Shown here piece by piece: positions 11,977 through 23,932 of a DNA stretch of 64,000 nucleotides (positions are counted from its first letter, which is position 1; every line of letters starts with the position of its first letter). Below the pieces are notes generated by a model. That model saw only the letters and a program-made list of their open reading frames with translations. It ran no database searches and was not told where the DNA came from. Source of the DNA: Halocafeteria seosinensis (lineage: Eukaryota); NCBI GenBank assembly GCA_001687465.1, contig LVLI01000043.1, positions 124,001 through 188,000 on the forward strand, read 5' to 3'. A program made the translations under genes and the position numbers.

Positions 11977-14036
11977 ATGGAAACTAACGATACTGAGACA
12001 ATCTTGAACCTGATCTCCCAGTCTCCCTCCTGCCATGAGACCTGCATACGAGGTACGTACCACGGCGATAGAGACACCCTATAAGCGAGATACGACAATG
12101 TTTTCTTGTCGTTTCGGTTTGGAACGAAAGGAACCCAAAGTAACGGTTTTTTCCCTTTTCTCGATTGGAATTCTCAGGTTTGGAGGAACTTATAGCAAGA
12201 GTGCACCGACAGACTCCCAATGCCATTCCAGCCGTGGTCCAGAGCTTTCTGCTGTGCCCCATGACAATACTCGCCCGATGGACATGGACCACCACCACCA
12301 CGGTGGCAGAGCAGCAGCAGCAGCAGCAGCTTCCTGTGGATGGCCAAGAGACAGAGAGACTGAACCAATGTCTGAGAGCTTCCTTAGAATTCCCGGTGTC
12401 GCTCATGGGCGGAAGCTACACCGTCTTGGAGCATGCATTTGACGAAGCCTACTGCCGATGTAGTAAGTCTGCGCAGCAAGACCCGCAAAGGAAGACTAGT
12501 TTCACGGCAGCGCACTGGGTAATCAACGTAATGCTTCCGATGTTTGATAAAGTACTCTCCAGAGCGCGTAAACATACGAATTTGCAAGTTGTGGCGAATC
12601 GGCTACTGGTGAAGATGATCTGCATGGCTTTGGCAAGCGACTGTGTTCGCGGTGGTCCGAACTATCCCGAAGTAGAAGAGAAGAGTCTCATTACCTACAA
12701 TTATTCTGCTCCAAAGGGCAAATTATTTTACTACATCATTCGACAAGTGTCAGTCATCATAGCGGGGATTTCGCGGAAGCGAGCCAGCGGTGGAGGACTG
12801 CGGATAGGGAAGGCCATGTTGAGATTGCTCACTTCCTGGAAGGTGAACGTGCTTGTTATCTTACATCAGCGATACAGCTGTCGGAAAGTGCCGTACAGGA
12901 GACTCAAAAAAGGACTTGAATGGGTCATATTCAATGTGATAAGCTATATTCCGGAGATGAGTTCCTTTTTCGTCGACTCTTGTATCTCGAAAGCAAACCA
13001 ATATTCATCTCACGGATGTCATAAGCAAATTTCAAGTGAGACAGTCGGACATGATACTCTGGCTTCCCTAGCTGCTATCTACAAGACGATCATCAAGGGC
13101 TTGTTCCTCCATTTTGGCTCTTTGTTTTCGAATACCACCAAAGAAGGCTCCCTGTTCCGTCTCAGGAAGATCAGTGACATTGAACGAAATATCCAGGAGA
13201 CGCAGCCTTCCTCTAATTCTGTTTGTTGCCATAAGCCGTTCTGTGAGGTGTGTGAGGATGCCTCGTTTTCAGATCCCGTTGGACTATCCTCGGCACAATA
13301 CCTACCTCAGCATGTTTCGTCTTTGGACAACACATCCGCAGGAAACATGCCCTCCCCGTGGCGCTTTTCGAAAGAGAAAGAGTACAACGAGATTTTCCAG
13401 ACGATGATGCAACAATGGAGAAAAATGCGGCTAAACTGCTCGGACGGTACCGATGCTTCCACTTCCGAATCTCAATCGTCGATAAAACGCAATCGAGAAT
13501 ACTGCAGTAAAGATGCAAGCTCAAGAGGGAAGCGCATCAAGGTTAGCCTACCATCCGATGCAGATAGACCGCCAGTGCTGAGGTCTGTCTATAGAGTGAA
13601 TCCTCATGAATGGGGCCATGTACTCGAATTTATTCATCCAAAAGATGCTTTGAGACTGCGGCGTACATGCTCTATAATCAAGTGCAGCGTAGACCGATGT
13701 TTCCAGTGGTATCTCTGGTTCCGGAAGAGATGGGGAAGCCGACTCTACTACGAAACTGAACCATATCGATTTACTGACTTATTTCATCCCTATCTAGCAC
13801 GCGTGTCGGCAGAAAAGACCCTACAGGCGAAACGAGAGAAGCAAAGAATGTGCAGTGGTTACGCAGGTCCCAAACGTGCGCTCAAGGGCTCTGGGAAAAT
13901 GTGTCCTGTTTTTGGCTGCAATGAAGTTCGCGATGACGAATCATCTTTATCAAGGCACACGCAGGAGCATCATGGGAGAAGTTATCGAACGCTGCTGCAG
14001 TACATCTACAACCGCAAGAAGAATGGCGTGTCTTGA
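11977..14036 (+). CDS. Protein with C-terminal F-box-like motif and C2H2 zinc finger
   Basis: Short exon 1 (METNDTETIL...) with a GTACGT...TCTCAG intron into ORF 12165-14036; PHEWGHVLEFIHPKDALRLRRTC...W...W (F-box-like); CPVFGC-x12-HTQEHH (C2H2); short polyT/polyQ tract. Confidence 0.7.
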
Positions 14037-14055
14037 TACTGAAACTGTCGCGCTC

Positions 14056-15998
14056 CTAGTTGAAATTGGATCCAGAGTACACATCTTGCGTCAGCACAAT
14101 CGTGATGAGAGGTACAGCACCGCAAACTACGAGAACGTTCATAAGCGTAGCTCTCAACTTGCTGGTGTTAGTCAGGGAAAACGTCAAAAGGTTGTGCATA
14201 GTCGATAGCAAACTCCAGGGACAGGCACTTACCTTGGCATCCACTGCTTCCCATAAAACCGAAGAAGCGCCCACATAAAGGCAATTGAGATGGCACTAAG
14301 CCATCCGTAGATAACCGGGGCTGGGGTTCGAGGCACCTCTTGTAGTTGCTCAAGATGCTTCAGAATGATGCCGATTTCTACGGAAAGAAGGGCAAGCGCA
14401 ATCCACAGATTTGCTCCAAGACGCTTTGTGCTCGGATCGACGATGTACTGGTACCACTCGCGCACAGAAGGAATAGCGAGAAAGAACCACAAAAATAACC
14501 TCCAAGTGTTCAACGAGCTTTCGGGAGGGATCCATAGCACATATTTCATGAAGAAGGCCGATAACTCAACCAATTCGGCACTGAGAAGTACAACTAGAAC
14601 CGACCAAAATCGTTTGAAAGAGCTAAATATGTCCCAGTTGTATGCTGTCCAGGAGTACGGCATGATTACTTGCTCGACTGCATCCGCAGCTTTGGAGCTA
14701 ATAGTCGAGTGCATCCTTCTTTGTCTCCGATATTCCACATGGCGTTTTGCAATAGACTCCATCGCCTGCTTTAGAGGCAGCTCGTTCCTGTCTATCAAGG
14801 GGAAGCTTTCTTCTCTTTCCAGGGGAGCACGCTTTGGACTTCCTGGTTCCCATTGTCCGTGCCAATCATAGGTAGTCATCTCGAAATATTTGCAAGTCAG
14901 CATACCTATTGCTGCACCTCCCAAATTGCAAATGAGCACGTCAAGAATCCAGTGATCCCACCAACATTCGTGGAAGTTTTTCAGTATGTGTTGAAAAGAA
15001 TACTCAATCAACTCCCAAGCGATACACAAGATCAAAATAAGTCTCCAGTTTCTGAAAATGATGGCTTTTCCAAACCATCCGAGAAAGTGGGCTACCATGA
15101 AGCGATCAAACACGGCATCTGTCAAGTTAGCGAATTTGTCGCTATCGTTCTCTGGGGTATAGAGTCGACAATCGGCCGCGTATAACTTGTCATTGCTCTC
15201 CGGTCGTTCTCCCAATGCTGAGTCAAACAACTTTAGCGAAGTCCTGGCTGCCGCTGGTGGCTGCACTAGAGTGTACACCAGGGCCATCGAGTAGAGGATG
15301 GCCGATCCTTGGACCACTCTCCAAAGAGCAGGGTGAGGTCGAACCATGAGACCATCTCGTAGCTGAATTGCACAATACACTAAGAATACAACTGCGATCA
15401 CGGTTAGCCCTCTGTATTTAGAGCATGCAGCATTAAGGAAGTCAACAGCGGCGGGAGAAGCCAGCATCTTCGCTTCTTACCGATGGATGTCAGGTTGTTC
15501 GGCTTGGCCTCGCTCGCTTCCTGGGCTGGTTCTCAGGGCATTGTAGCAGATCACGACGAGCGCAAGAAGAAGGCCACTCAATGTCTGCAGGTATCAATCC
15601 ATCCGGACTACCGTAGGAGGAATCATCCAAAGTAAACAACTAGGAGCAAACTCCCTTACATGAGGCTGGTAGAGAAAATGGAACGGGGAGTTGACTTCCT
15701 CCACAAATGGCTTTGTGGGTCCATCAGCAGCATCCACGGAAAGCCAGGTACCCCCGGTTCGGAGAATGGCATCGTTATCTGCCCTCCTCTGTGTAGTGGT
15801 GGAAATGCGCGGTGGTGGCGCTACCACTACCTCCTCCTCCTCCTCGTCCTCCTCCGCGGGGGGATCGTGGGGCTTCCTAACCGGACGCCGTATTGTTGGA
15901 GTCCTCGACCGACTCCGAGACGAGTGGTCTGAATTCTCACCACTTGTTGGCGTGGGATCTCTCCTCCTTCGAGGCGTGCTGCGTCTATTAGAGGCCAT
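14056..15998 (-). CDS. PTDSS: Phosphatidylserine synthase, base-exchange type (PSS/PTDSS family), 4 exons
   Basis: RPHPALWR, DCRLYTP, DRFMVAHFLGW, WELIEYSFQHILKNFHECWWDHWILDVLICN; introns at ~15659-15586, ~15480-15412 and ~14234-14163. Confidence 0.93.
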
Positions 15999-16496
15999 TC
16001 TACGCCCTTGACTACCCTGGCTCAGCCTGAGGCACTACCGCAAACAACAATCCTAACGGGCACGATGTCAGTATACACTCACCGTTGTGCACGACGGTTG
16101 TGGTACTGTGCGGCTATGTACCGCAGAAGCAGGGGAGTAAGTGGAGTGGTATGAAAATAGCAACCACTTACACGAGCACTGCAGACTGCAGTACAATTGT
16201 ACAATACCATATGGTATGGCTCCCATACAGTACCCCGGTAAGTTCGTTGATCAATGACTTGGTGTACACTACAGTATCGTGTGTGGTACATTGTAGGGTA
16301 ATCATCGGTCGATGACGCTCACCGTACTGCCACACCACTTTCATAATAAGCATTCAGCTACCACACTGCAGATCAGACCCCTCAATTCCCAGTTAGTGAA
16401 CCGTTGGGACTGATCGATCTGCAGAAGTAATAAACTACAGTACCAGGGTGAGCTTACTTCGCTACTGTATTTCACTTTTTCAGTGTGCAGGGTCTG

Positions 16497-16498
<2 letters not shown>

Positions 16499-16529
<31 letters not shown>
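16499..16529. repeat. (GT)15 microsatellite
   Basis: Direct reading of the sequence. Confidence 0.95.
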
Positions 16530-16534
<5 letters not shown>

Positions 16535-16724
16535 TTCCCCCAACCACATTTCCACTGAGCCGGTAGTTTTTCAGAACTTTTCTCCTGGAAAAGTTCAATG
16601 AAGTTCGGTAGTGAAGTCAATGGTCAAAAAAGGAGCAGACAAAGGGACGGATTTAGGAAGACATTGATCCATGTAGGAAACGATACCCTTAAAGGTCTCT
16701 TCTTTCGTAGAATAAATCATTCAC

Positions 16725-18257
16725 ATGGTGCGCCGTACCGAAATGCGAGCTTTGCATTGCCTGTACATGGAGTGGTTTCACGCTCATCTCAGGAACACAC
16801 ACTGGTGGCGCAAGAAAGATTACCGTATCAACCACCTCTGCCTTGTACAATTGTCTACCTGCTTCGAAAAAGAGTATACGGCGGACCTCCTTCATACATT
16901 TGAAGCCTCGTTAGACCGCTTGTTAGCAGGCTGTCCCCCTGGTGCCATCAATTGCTCAAGGCATGAACTTCCTCTCCTTCACCAATTAATCAACGAAGTA
17001 ATCAATCTGGAGAGTGATCTGGCCCGGGGTATTATGCACGGGAGTCTCAGAAGAGCTTTGGACGGAGTAGAGAAAATTCTTTCATCGCTCTGCAGCAGGT
17101 TTGGGGCGCTCTTCGATGGAGATAAAGTACGTGATTCAGACGATTGATGTGGCTGCCAGTCTGCCACAGTGTGCCATGGCGAGCAACAGGCGGTTTCTCC
17201 AGGGAGTGCAATAGCTTTTTTCTTCCTCTATTCCTGGGCCACTAGTAGCACGTGTAGAGACTCACGAGCCACATTTTTGAACTACAGGAGGGAAATACAC
17301 CGATACACTATGCGTGCAAAGAGGGAAGCGAACGAACACTTGAAAGGCTTTTGAGAGTGATTAAAAGCACACAAGCGAAACGAACGGTGTCTGCGTTCAT
17401 CAACAGTAAAAACAATGTAAGTGTACTAAATAAAAGTGCAGTACCTGGCAGGTGGAATTGAGCTCCAGAATAGTTCCCGTGAGTAAAACTCAATCAAGCA
17501 TATCCCGAAGAAACCAGGTACCCCGTATTCGGGGTTGAGTTTGGGCTGCCCCGTGTCAATCATGAAGACATGTACGGCTTCAAAGGCAGAGGAATTTTAG
17601 TGCACAACTCCTCATGAGTTTCCTCTGGTTGAAGAGTTTGTACAAATTACTCGTTCCTTTGTTTGCAGGACGGAGACACCGCTCTCCATATCGCGTGCGA
17701 ACATAGCAAGGAAAACAGTGAGATTCTACAGGTGCTTCTGGCGGGAATTGGTAGAGATAGTGGGATCCCTGTGGACGTCAATAGCAAAAATAACGTAAGC
17801 GGAACGTATTCCACCGTGACATACTGTCATCGTGGCGTGTTTATCATAATTCAGAAAGGAGAGACACCGTTACACTTCGCCGTGAAAGCTAACAGTCTAG
17901 ACGTTGTTCGGATCCTGCTCTCCGTCAAAGGTATAGACATTGGTCTTCGTGACAAAGTACGTCTTCTTGACTTAGTGTCGTCAGGCTTATCTAGTCTGCA
18001 GACTATCCGATTCACCGAACGCTACGGTTTTCTGGGTCCCTTGCTCGTTGTCATTACACAATACAGTGTACGCTGAGTACGATGTGTTCTCAACGACTTT
18101 TTCACTTCATTTACAGGATGGACACACCCCCTACGACCTTGTTCGAATTCAGGAATTCAATCCTTCAGCACTGGAAGACCTAATGGACAGGATCTATGGC
18201 AGACCGCTGGAAACGGAGCGGGCAAGAACAAGCGTCTCAAACCGACGGAGAGACTAA
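16725..18257 (+). CDS. Ankyrin-repeat protein B, paralog of A, 5 exons
   Basis: Exon 1 MVRRTEMRALHCLYMEWF...DGDK|GTACGT; internal exons EGNTPIH, DGDTALH, KGETPLH; last exon DGHTPYDLVRIQEFNPSALEDL. Confidence 0.88.
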
Positions 18258-18999
18258 ACTTGTACACCCCGTGGTGACGATTTATTAAATTTAATAAGTT
18301 AATAAAAATATAAACGTATATTAATTAATTGGTCCGCAACACTGTAATATGAGGACAATACTTTAGTGAGCTCTTTCACGTGTATTTGGTTATAACATTT
18401 CGACAACACCCTTGCCTAGCCTGGTTTTCGTTCCTGCATCCCTTCTCTGCCCCAGTTGAATAACACTACAGTACAAGTCCCTTTTTTCAGAATGTTGTAG
18501 CGGTAAAAACGTTTCACTGCAGCAGACGTACCGGGCGTCGTGCAAATGCTCTTGCTGTCATGACAATTTGTCGACTTCCCGGTAATTTCTGTGTGTTAGG
18601 AACTAACAACTAAGTCAAAAAGCAACGGTTCGATAGGAGTAGTGTTCTTGCTTCTGAAACCCGCCTGCTGCCTAGCGCGGTAGGACAGTTACCGTAGGGG
18701 CAATACTGATACATGTATATACCTGGACCATGGGATAAACAGTTTTATTTAACACACACTACCTCGTGTCAGGCTGTCAGCTAGCGTTTTACCCTAACTC
18801 GAATGATCCCAGGCAATCGTAGAGGAATTTCCGCTGGCGACATTGCCTGAGTAACAGACTGAGTAGTAGTGCGTATTAGTTATGGCCTACTGCCTAAATG
18901 GAAATGTAGTTGGGGGATCTGAGTTCCTCACATATGGCTGGGTCTGGCTGCGTTAGTTTGCAGCGCACACACAAATGTGACAGATAGCCCACCGGCCGG

Positions 19000-19175
19000 G
19001 GAATTGACGTTTGCAGCGAGTCAGCCACGCAGTGACATGCTAATACTTTGTACATTGCCATGGGATTGACAATCAGTGCATGAGAACTCAAGTGGGTGTA
19101 TCCAAAAACAAAATCCCACTATCCCGCTAATTAGGATGCGAGCTAAATCTGTGGGACTTATCGGAGGTGGAATTC
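19000..19175 (+). repeat. 176-bp direct repeat, copy 1
   Basis: GGAATTGACGTTTGCAGCGAG...GGAGGTGGAATTC; identical by eye to 23119-23294. Confidence 0.95.
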
Positions 19176-19253
19176 GTTAAGTAGAACGAGTACAAGCTTG
19201 GCTGCTTGAGGTGATAGGGTTGTTAATATTGTTTGTTACTGTAGGTAGGCGTT

Positions 19254-21318
19254 TACCTAGCTACACATACATAAGTTTGTAGGTAAGAGTATCTTTTTGG
19301 TCTCGCTTAGCAAAAGGAAAATCTCCAACGTTAAGAGGATCTTTTTCAAGCTCTTTGAGCCTTTCCTCGGCTGTCTTTGGACGACGCGTAGAAATTTTTC
19401 CTTAAAAATAAACTTCACCTGATAAATATACCAATCGCACTGCCTTTCCGAGAACTAGGGACCGTTCACACAACTGAGCTTTGGTCTTGTCGAGTGACTT
19501 TGTTGAGGACTTGATCTCGCCTATCTCAAACACAGACCTCCCAGACCTCCCAGGTACAAGAGTTGCAGATCCGCGGCAGTCGAATTCGAGGTTGAAAGGA
19601 AGACGTCTCCGACATTTGAATATTTCTTCCTCAAAGCAAAATGACATCAGGGAAATGTCCACAATATGTCTTTGATCATGCACTCCCGAATCAAATCGGT
19701 AAACACGTTGAACGACTTGGCTACGTTCGAATCATCCTTATAGTTAACCTTCTGCTTTTGCACATCCTTTGTCAACGACTCTTGGAATTGACGAAGCTTA
19801 CTACTAAATCCGGTTTCACTGTCATTGCCATTGTCATTGCTGAACATATCTGTTGCCTCTAAATATTCTTTAACCCAATTCAAAAGAGACGGGTCATCAT
19901 TTGATCTTTCTTCAGAGGCCAATTGCCTTCCATACGTCTCTCGAAACAACTGTCGCTGTGCAACGATATCCAAAAGACCGTGCTTCTTGTCTTCACACAT
20001 GTTATCAAGGACGTAGAATTTCACGTGTAGTAGATCTTCTGTCCGTCTATTACCTTCTTGGTTTTCTTTTTCTCCTTCTTTTCTTTCTTTTAGACGTTTC
20101 ATTCGTGCTTTGCATGTACCCTTTATGTGGTTCATCACGGTCGTCTTTCTCGATGTTTCGGTGGTCTGTGCCGCAGGCTCCACGTCGCCTTCAACAGAGA
20201 AAGGGTCAAAATCCTTGATCTGATCGTTAAAAAAGTCGATTCCGCCATTTAGCTTATCTGGCTCTTTTTGCTCTGACATGCTCCAGCATACGAGACGATA
20301 TACTTTCTCACGCAACACAATGTCGCTCATCAAGTTTCGCACGGTTTTGCCTTGAATCAAACCATCGGACATGGGTTCACTGTTTGAATGCGGTAGCTCA
20401 TGCGCGCAGTCCTTTACGCGTAGTCCTTTTTAGAGTTAAGTAAACGCGCAATCTGACAGTGAAGCTTTTTCCGTATGACGCACCAAACCTTCTGTTCACT
20501 TCATACCGAATATGTCGCTCCATGGTTTCACTCTTTAGATCACCCACGGTATCTTTCAGATCATCCACGGTATCTTTCAGATCATCCACGGTATCTTTCA
20601 TCTCCTTCATCTGTTTGTTTATGTTACCTTCCATGGTGTCCATCCTGGTGTTCATGTTACCTTCCATGGTGTCCATCCTTCCATTTAAATTACGTTCCAT
20701 GAGGGCTAACGTGTTCATTATACAGGTATACAAATCTGCTTGCTGAGCGGTATCAGTAGTTGTTTCTTCTTGAGTCCCTGCAGTTTGGGTGACGGATGTC
20801 GTATTTGTTTCTTCTTGAGTCCCTGCAGTTTGGGTGACGGATGTCGTATTTGTTTCTTCTTGAGTCCCTGTAGTTTGGGTGACGGATGTCGTATTTGTTT
20901 CTTCTTGAGTCCCTGCAGTTTGGGTGACGGATGTCGTATTTGTTTCTTCTTGAGTCCCTGCTGTTCGGGTGACGGATGTCGTAGTTGTTTCTTCTTGAGT
21001 CCCTGCAGTTTGGGTGACGGATGTCGTAGTTGTTTCTTCTTGAGTCCCTGCTGTTCGGGTGACGAATGTCGTATTTGTTTCTTCTTGAGTCCCTGCAGTT
21101 TGGGTGACGGATGTCGTATTTGTTTCTTCTTGAGTCCCTGCAGTTTGGGTGACGGGTGTCGTAGTTGTTTCTTCTTGAGTCCCTGCAGTTTGGGTGACGG
21201 GTGTCGTAGTTGTTTCTTCTTGAGTCCCTGCAGTTTGGGTGACGGATGTCGTATTTGTTTCTTCTTGAGTCCCTGCTGTTCGGGTGACGGATGTCGTTTG
21301 GATCATGGTTCTTGCCAT
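19254..21318 (-). pseudogene. Tandem-repeat / coiled-coil / PD-(D/E)XK-like nuclease gene, apparently disrupted
   Basis: ORF 20398-21318 (repeats, coiled coil), probable intron ~20458-20380, ORF 19647-20372, frame change near 19660 into LEFDCRG...EIGEIKSS...KAQL, in-frame TAA at 19402, open frame resumes to ~19254. Confidence 0.6.
20756..21295 (-). repeat. Coding minisatellite, 12 x 45 bp (TTSVTQTAGTQEETN/T)
   Basis: Unit GTA(G/T)TTGTTTCTTCTTGAGTCCCTGCAGTTTGGGTGACGGATGTC, 540 bp, no spacers. Confidence 0.97.
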
Positions 21319-22201
21319 TGTGGGCCTAGACGTTTCTGCAAATAACGAATATGGTATCAGTATCGTACCTCTGAGAGAAACGCCGAATCACGTCTGATGT
21401 ATATGAGGTTATATCAACATGCGGAAAAGGTTCGGAAAGAACCTATACAAAGCACTCAAACAGAACCTTGCAAAGAATACCAACTCCGGAGCTCAACTTT
21501 ACTCACAAAAACTAGCTCATCCACACCTTGTCGTTTTTTACAAAAAAAGGATTGCACCCCATTGCTTTTCTTCACCCTTAATGCCCCCCTTTGAACTTGA
21601 ATTTTTTTGTCCAGGCCATGTGCTCAAACAAACACCATCAACCTCGAACAGCATAGCGCCAGTATTGGGGCAGAATACAAAGATATACTATCCCACAGGT
21701 ATCTTGCGGTCACTGTTACTGGCATTCTACACGCAATTTGCCAAGCCAAGCAACTCTGTGATACGGATTCATTGTAGTATACTTACTCGTGCACAGAGTC
21801 GTGTTATTCGAGTGCGTTAAATAAATGCTTTTCTCTCGCCTTATGTTTTCTTTTTAACGTGTTTTCGTCTATTTTTACTGCCCGTGACACGTGCGTACTT
21901 TGTGAACACACGCAAGAAAGCCCTGTACACCAGCGTGAGTGTACAAAATATGCGTTCAAACCACGTTTGCGGTGGCTGTTGAAGCTCTGTGGAGCGTTTT
22001 ACAGCTTTCCGGCCCAGTTTATAAAGCGTACAAACAAATGTTTGCTTCAACCATTTTTGCCACGCGTTTCTGGGGGAGTCCACAGGGGGCTCTCGAGCCG
22101 AGCGTGATGCTGGAGTCACAGTCTAGATGGAATTGACGGTCTCGTATTCATCGAGCGTAGTTCCCGTAAACCGACCGCAAAGCCCTCCCGCAGATTGAAT
22201 A

Positions 22202-23118
22202 TCAGTTATACCTCGGGTCCGGCAGTTTTTGAAGTGCACTGTGTATCCATTTTGACCAAGTCCTTCCCCCGCAAAATGAACAATTGGAGGACAGCGCATC
22301 TTCGCAGACTCCAACTTCGTCTATCCCTGCGAAGGTCTGCAAGCCGTCATCGTCTCCATTGATAGGTCCCAGGTACGATGTGCCTTGGGAAATATCTCCT
22401 GTTACCATGGTCGTGTCATCATTTACATAGTCTGCTTCGGACCCGTCAACAAATATTTGGACATTGGAGGTGCCGGCGCTTGTATTAACCGTGCGTCGCA
22501 CGACGATGTGATGAAAGTCAAAACCACTAGTTCCCAAAAATTGCAAAAGAAACAAAGCCCTCGCGCTGCCGTTGCCTTTTGTCTGTAAAATATCCTGATC
22601 ATGGAAGAGATTGCTTAGGCGAAGGAATAACGAAATTGTAAACTCTCCATTTGACCCAAAATTGAACGCTCCTTCAATTGAGAGATTGTCTTCAGTACCA
22701 CTATAATCAAGGCTTTCTTGAGCCACGGCAAAGCGGTTAGTAGTGATAGAGATGCCGTTGGGAGTACCATCGAAAGGACCGAATTCGTCCTCAAAGCCTT
22801 GGTCAAATGTATAGTACGCGCGTGCATTCTGCACAATTTTTACGCGAGGAATTTGTAGTTCTCCGTATAGCAAACAGTTATCGGCGCGGAGCTAAGGAGT
22901 ATTTGGCGCAACCACGGATCCCGCGCCATTGATAAAAAGGAGTGACGTTTAAAAGATTTTTTGGTGGTAAATCAATGTATGATTCTCCGCCATCAAATTC
23001 AATAGCACTCCCAATTTTTCCGCTGTTTGTAATACTAATTCCTCCCACTGCTTGACCATCATAAATTCCAACTGAATCAGCATATGGTTCATCTCCATCA
23101 AAGCTATAATAGGCACGT
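22202..23118 (-). pseudogene. Degenerate tandem LamG/concanavalin-A-like (Laminin_G_3) domains
   Basis: Two domain starts, AYYSFDG...DSVGIYDG...GKIGSAIEFDGGESYIDLP and AYYTFDQ...FTISLFLR...FHHIVV...QIFVDG...FAGIDEV, in different frames with a stop between; 5' end cut by the 176-bp repeat. Confidence 0.7.
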
Positions 23119-23294
23119 GGAATTGACGTTTGCAGCGAGTCAGCCACGCAGTGACATGCTAATACTTTGTACATTGCCATGGGATTGACAATCAGTGCAT
23201 GAGAACTCAAGTGGGTGTATCCAAAAACAAAATCCCACTATCCCGCTAATTAGGATGCGAGCTAAATCTGTGGGACTTATCGGAGGTGGAATTC
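23119..23294 (+). repeat. 176-bp direct repeat, copy 2
   Basis: Identical by eye to 19000-19175. Confidence 0.95.
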
Positions 23295-23611
23295 TTGTAG
23301 CTGGCTCCACAATTTGGCTAACTGCCAAATATTACCATTGGTCTCACGAGCGCGCTAGACGTCATGCCGAGGAAGCCCGTCGTCGCGCGGAGGAAGCTTC
23401 AGAAACGGAGAGGAGGGCTCGAAACATTCAATTGAAGTCGACTCTGATAGCGGGAGCTATCATTACTGCATTCAGTTGCTATGGAATCTACCGCGTTTCT
23501 CAGATCCTGGGACTGATGTTTGGAAGTCAAAGCCGCGGTGGAGTGCATACCGCTCCTCGCTCCACGCGCATACCGCGAGATAATAAAATCAACTACGTCC
23601 AGCAAGGGTGA
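23255..23611 (+). CDS. Small hypothetical membrane protein (two hydrophobic segments around a charged helix)
   Basis: MRAKSVGLIGGGILVAGSTIWLTA...EEARRRAEEASE...TLIAGAIITAFSCYGIY; may continue via an intron to ~23780. Confidence 0.45.
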   Translation: MRAKSVGLIGGGILVAGSTIWLTAKYYHWSHERARRHAEEARRRAEEASETERRARNIQLKSTLIAGAIITAFSCYGIYRVSQILGLMFGSQSRGGVHTAPRSTRIPRDNKINYVQQG

Positions 23612-23932
23612 TGATGCACATTTCTAGGCTTCTGTGGCGCAAGTAAGGGGGTATGCCAAAAAAGTCATGGATGAGCTGGAAAGCTCCCCAACTTCAAGAA
23701 CTTTAGAGGCCCTATTCGACCATTTCAGGACGCTCTCTGAGATCCAATACGGGATGATGTTAAATGCATCACTGATCTAGATTATCAAATGACCAGAAGA
23801 TCTGATACCTGTCAAGAAATAGACGTTGTATAGTGCGTGAAGTTGCTGGCAGCTACGAGATAGATGATCTGCCAGATGCCCTGGGATTGATTAATTGATA
23901 CATAACCACGAAACCCCTACCAACTAGTAATC

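Noticed and set aside
19402..19404. Alternative genetic code (TAA readthrough)
   Set aside because: Other genes terminate normally at TAA/TAG/TGA, and long ORFs lack internal stops; better explained as a pseudogene lesion.
20756..21295. CRISPR-like array
   Set aside because: Head-to-tail 45-bp units with no unique spacers, in frame in a protein, and no cas genes.
20740..21345. Cys-rich + strand ORF (CFFLSPCSLGDGCR)n
   Set aside because: Antisense shadow of the minisatellite; no ATG start, while the - strand ORF continues into non-repetitive coding sequence.
22070..22130. Helitron 3' end (GC-rich stretch then CTAG)
   Set aside because: No convincing hairpin and no matching 5' TC end or RepHel gene.
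19000..23294. LTR retrotransposon
   Set aside because: The repeats lack TG...CA ends, PBS and PPT, and the interior has no gag/RT/integrase.
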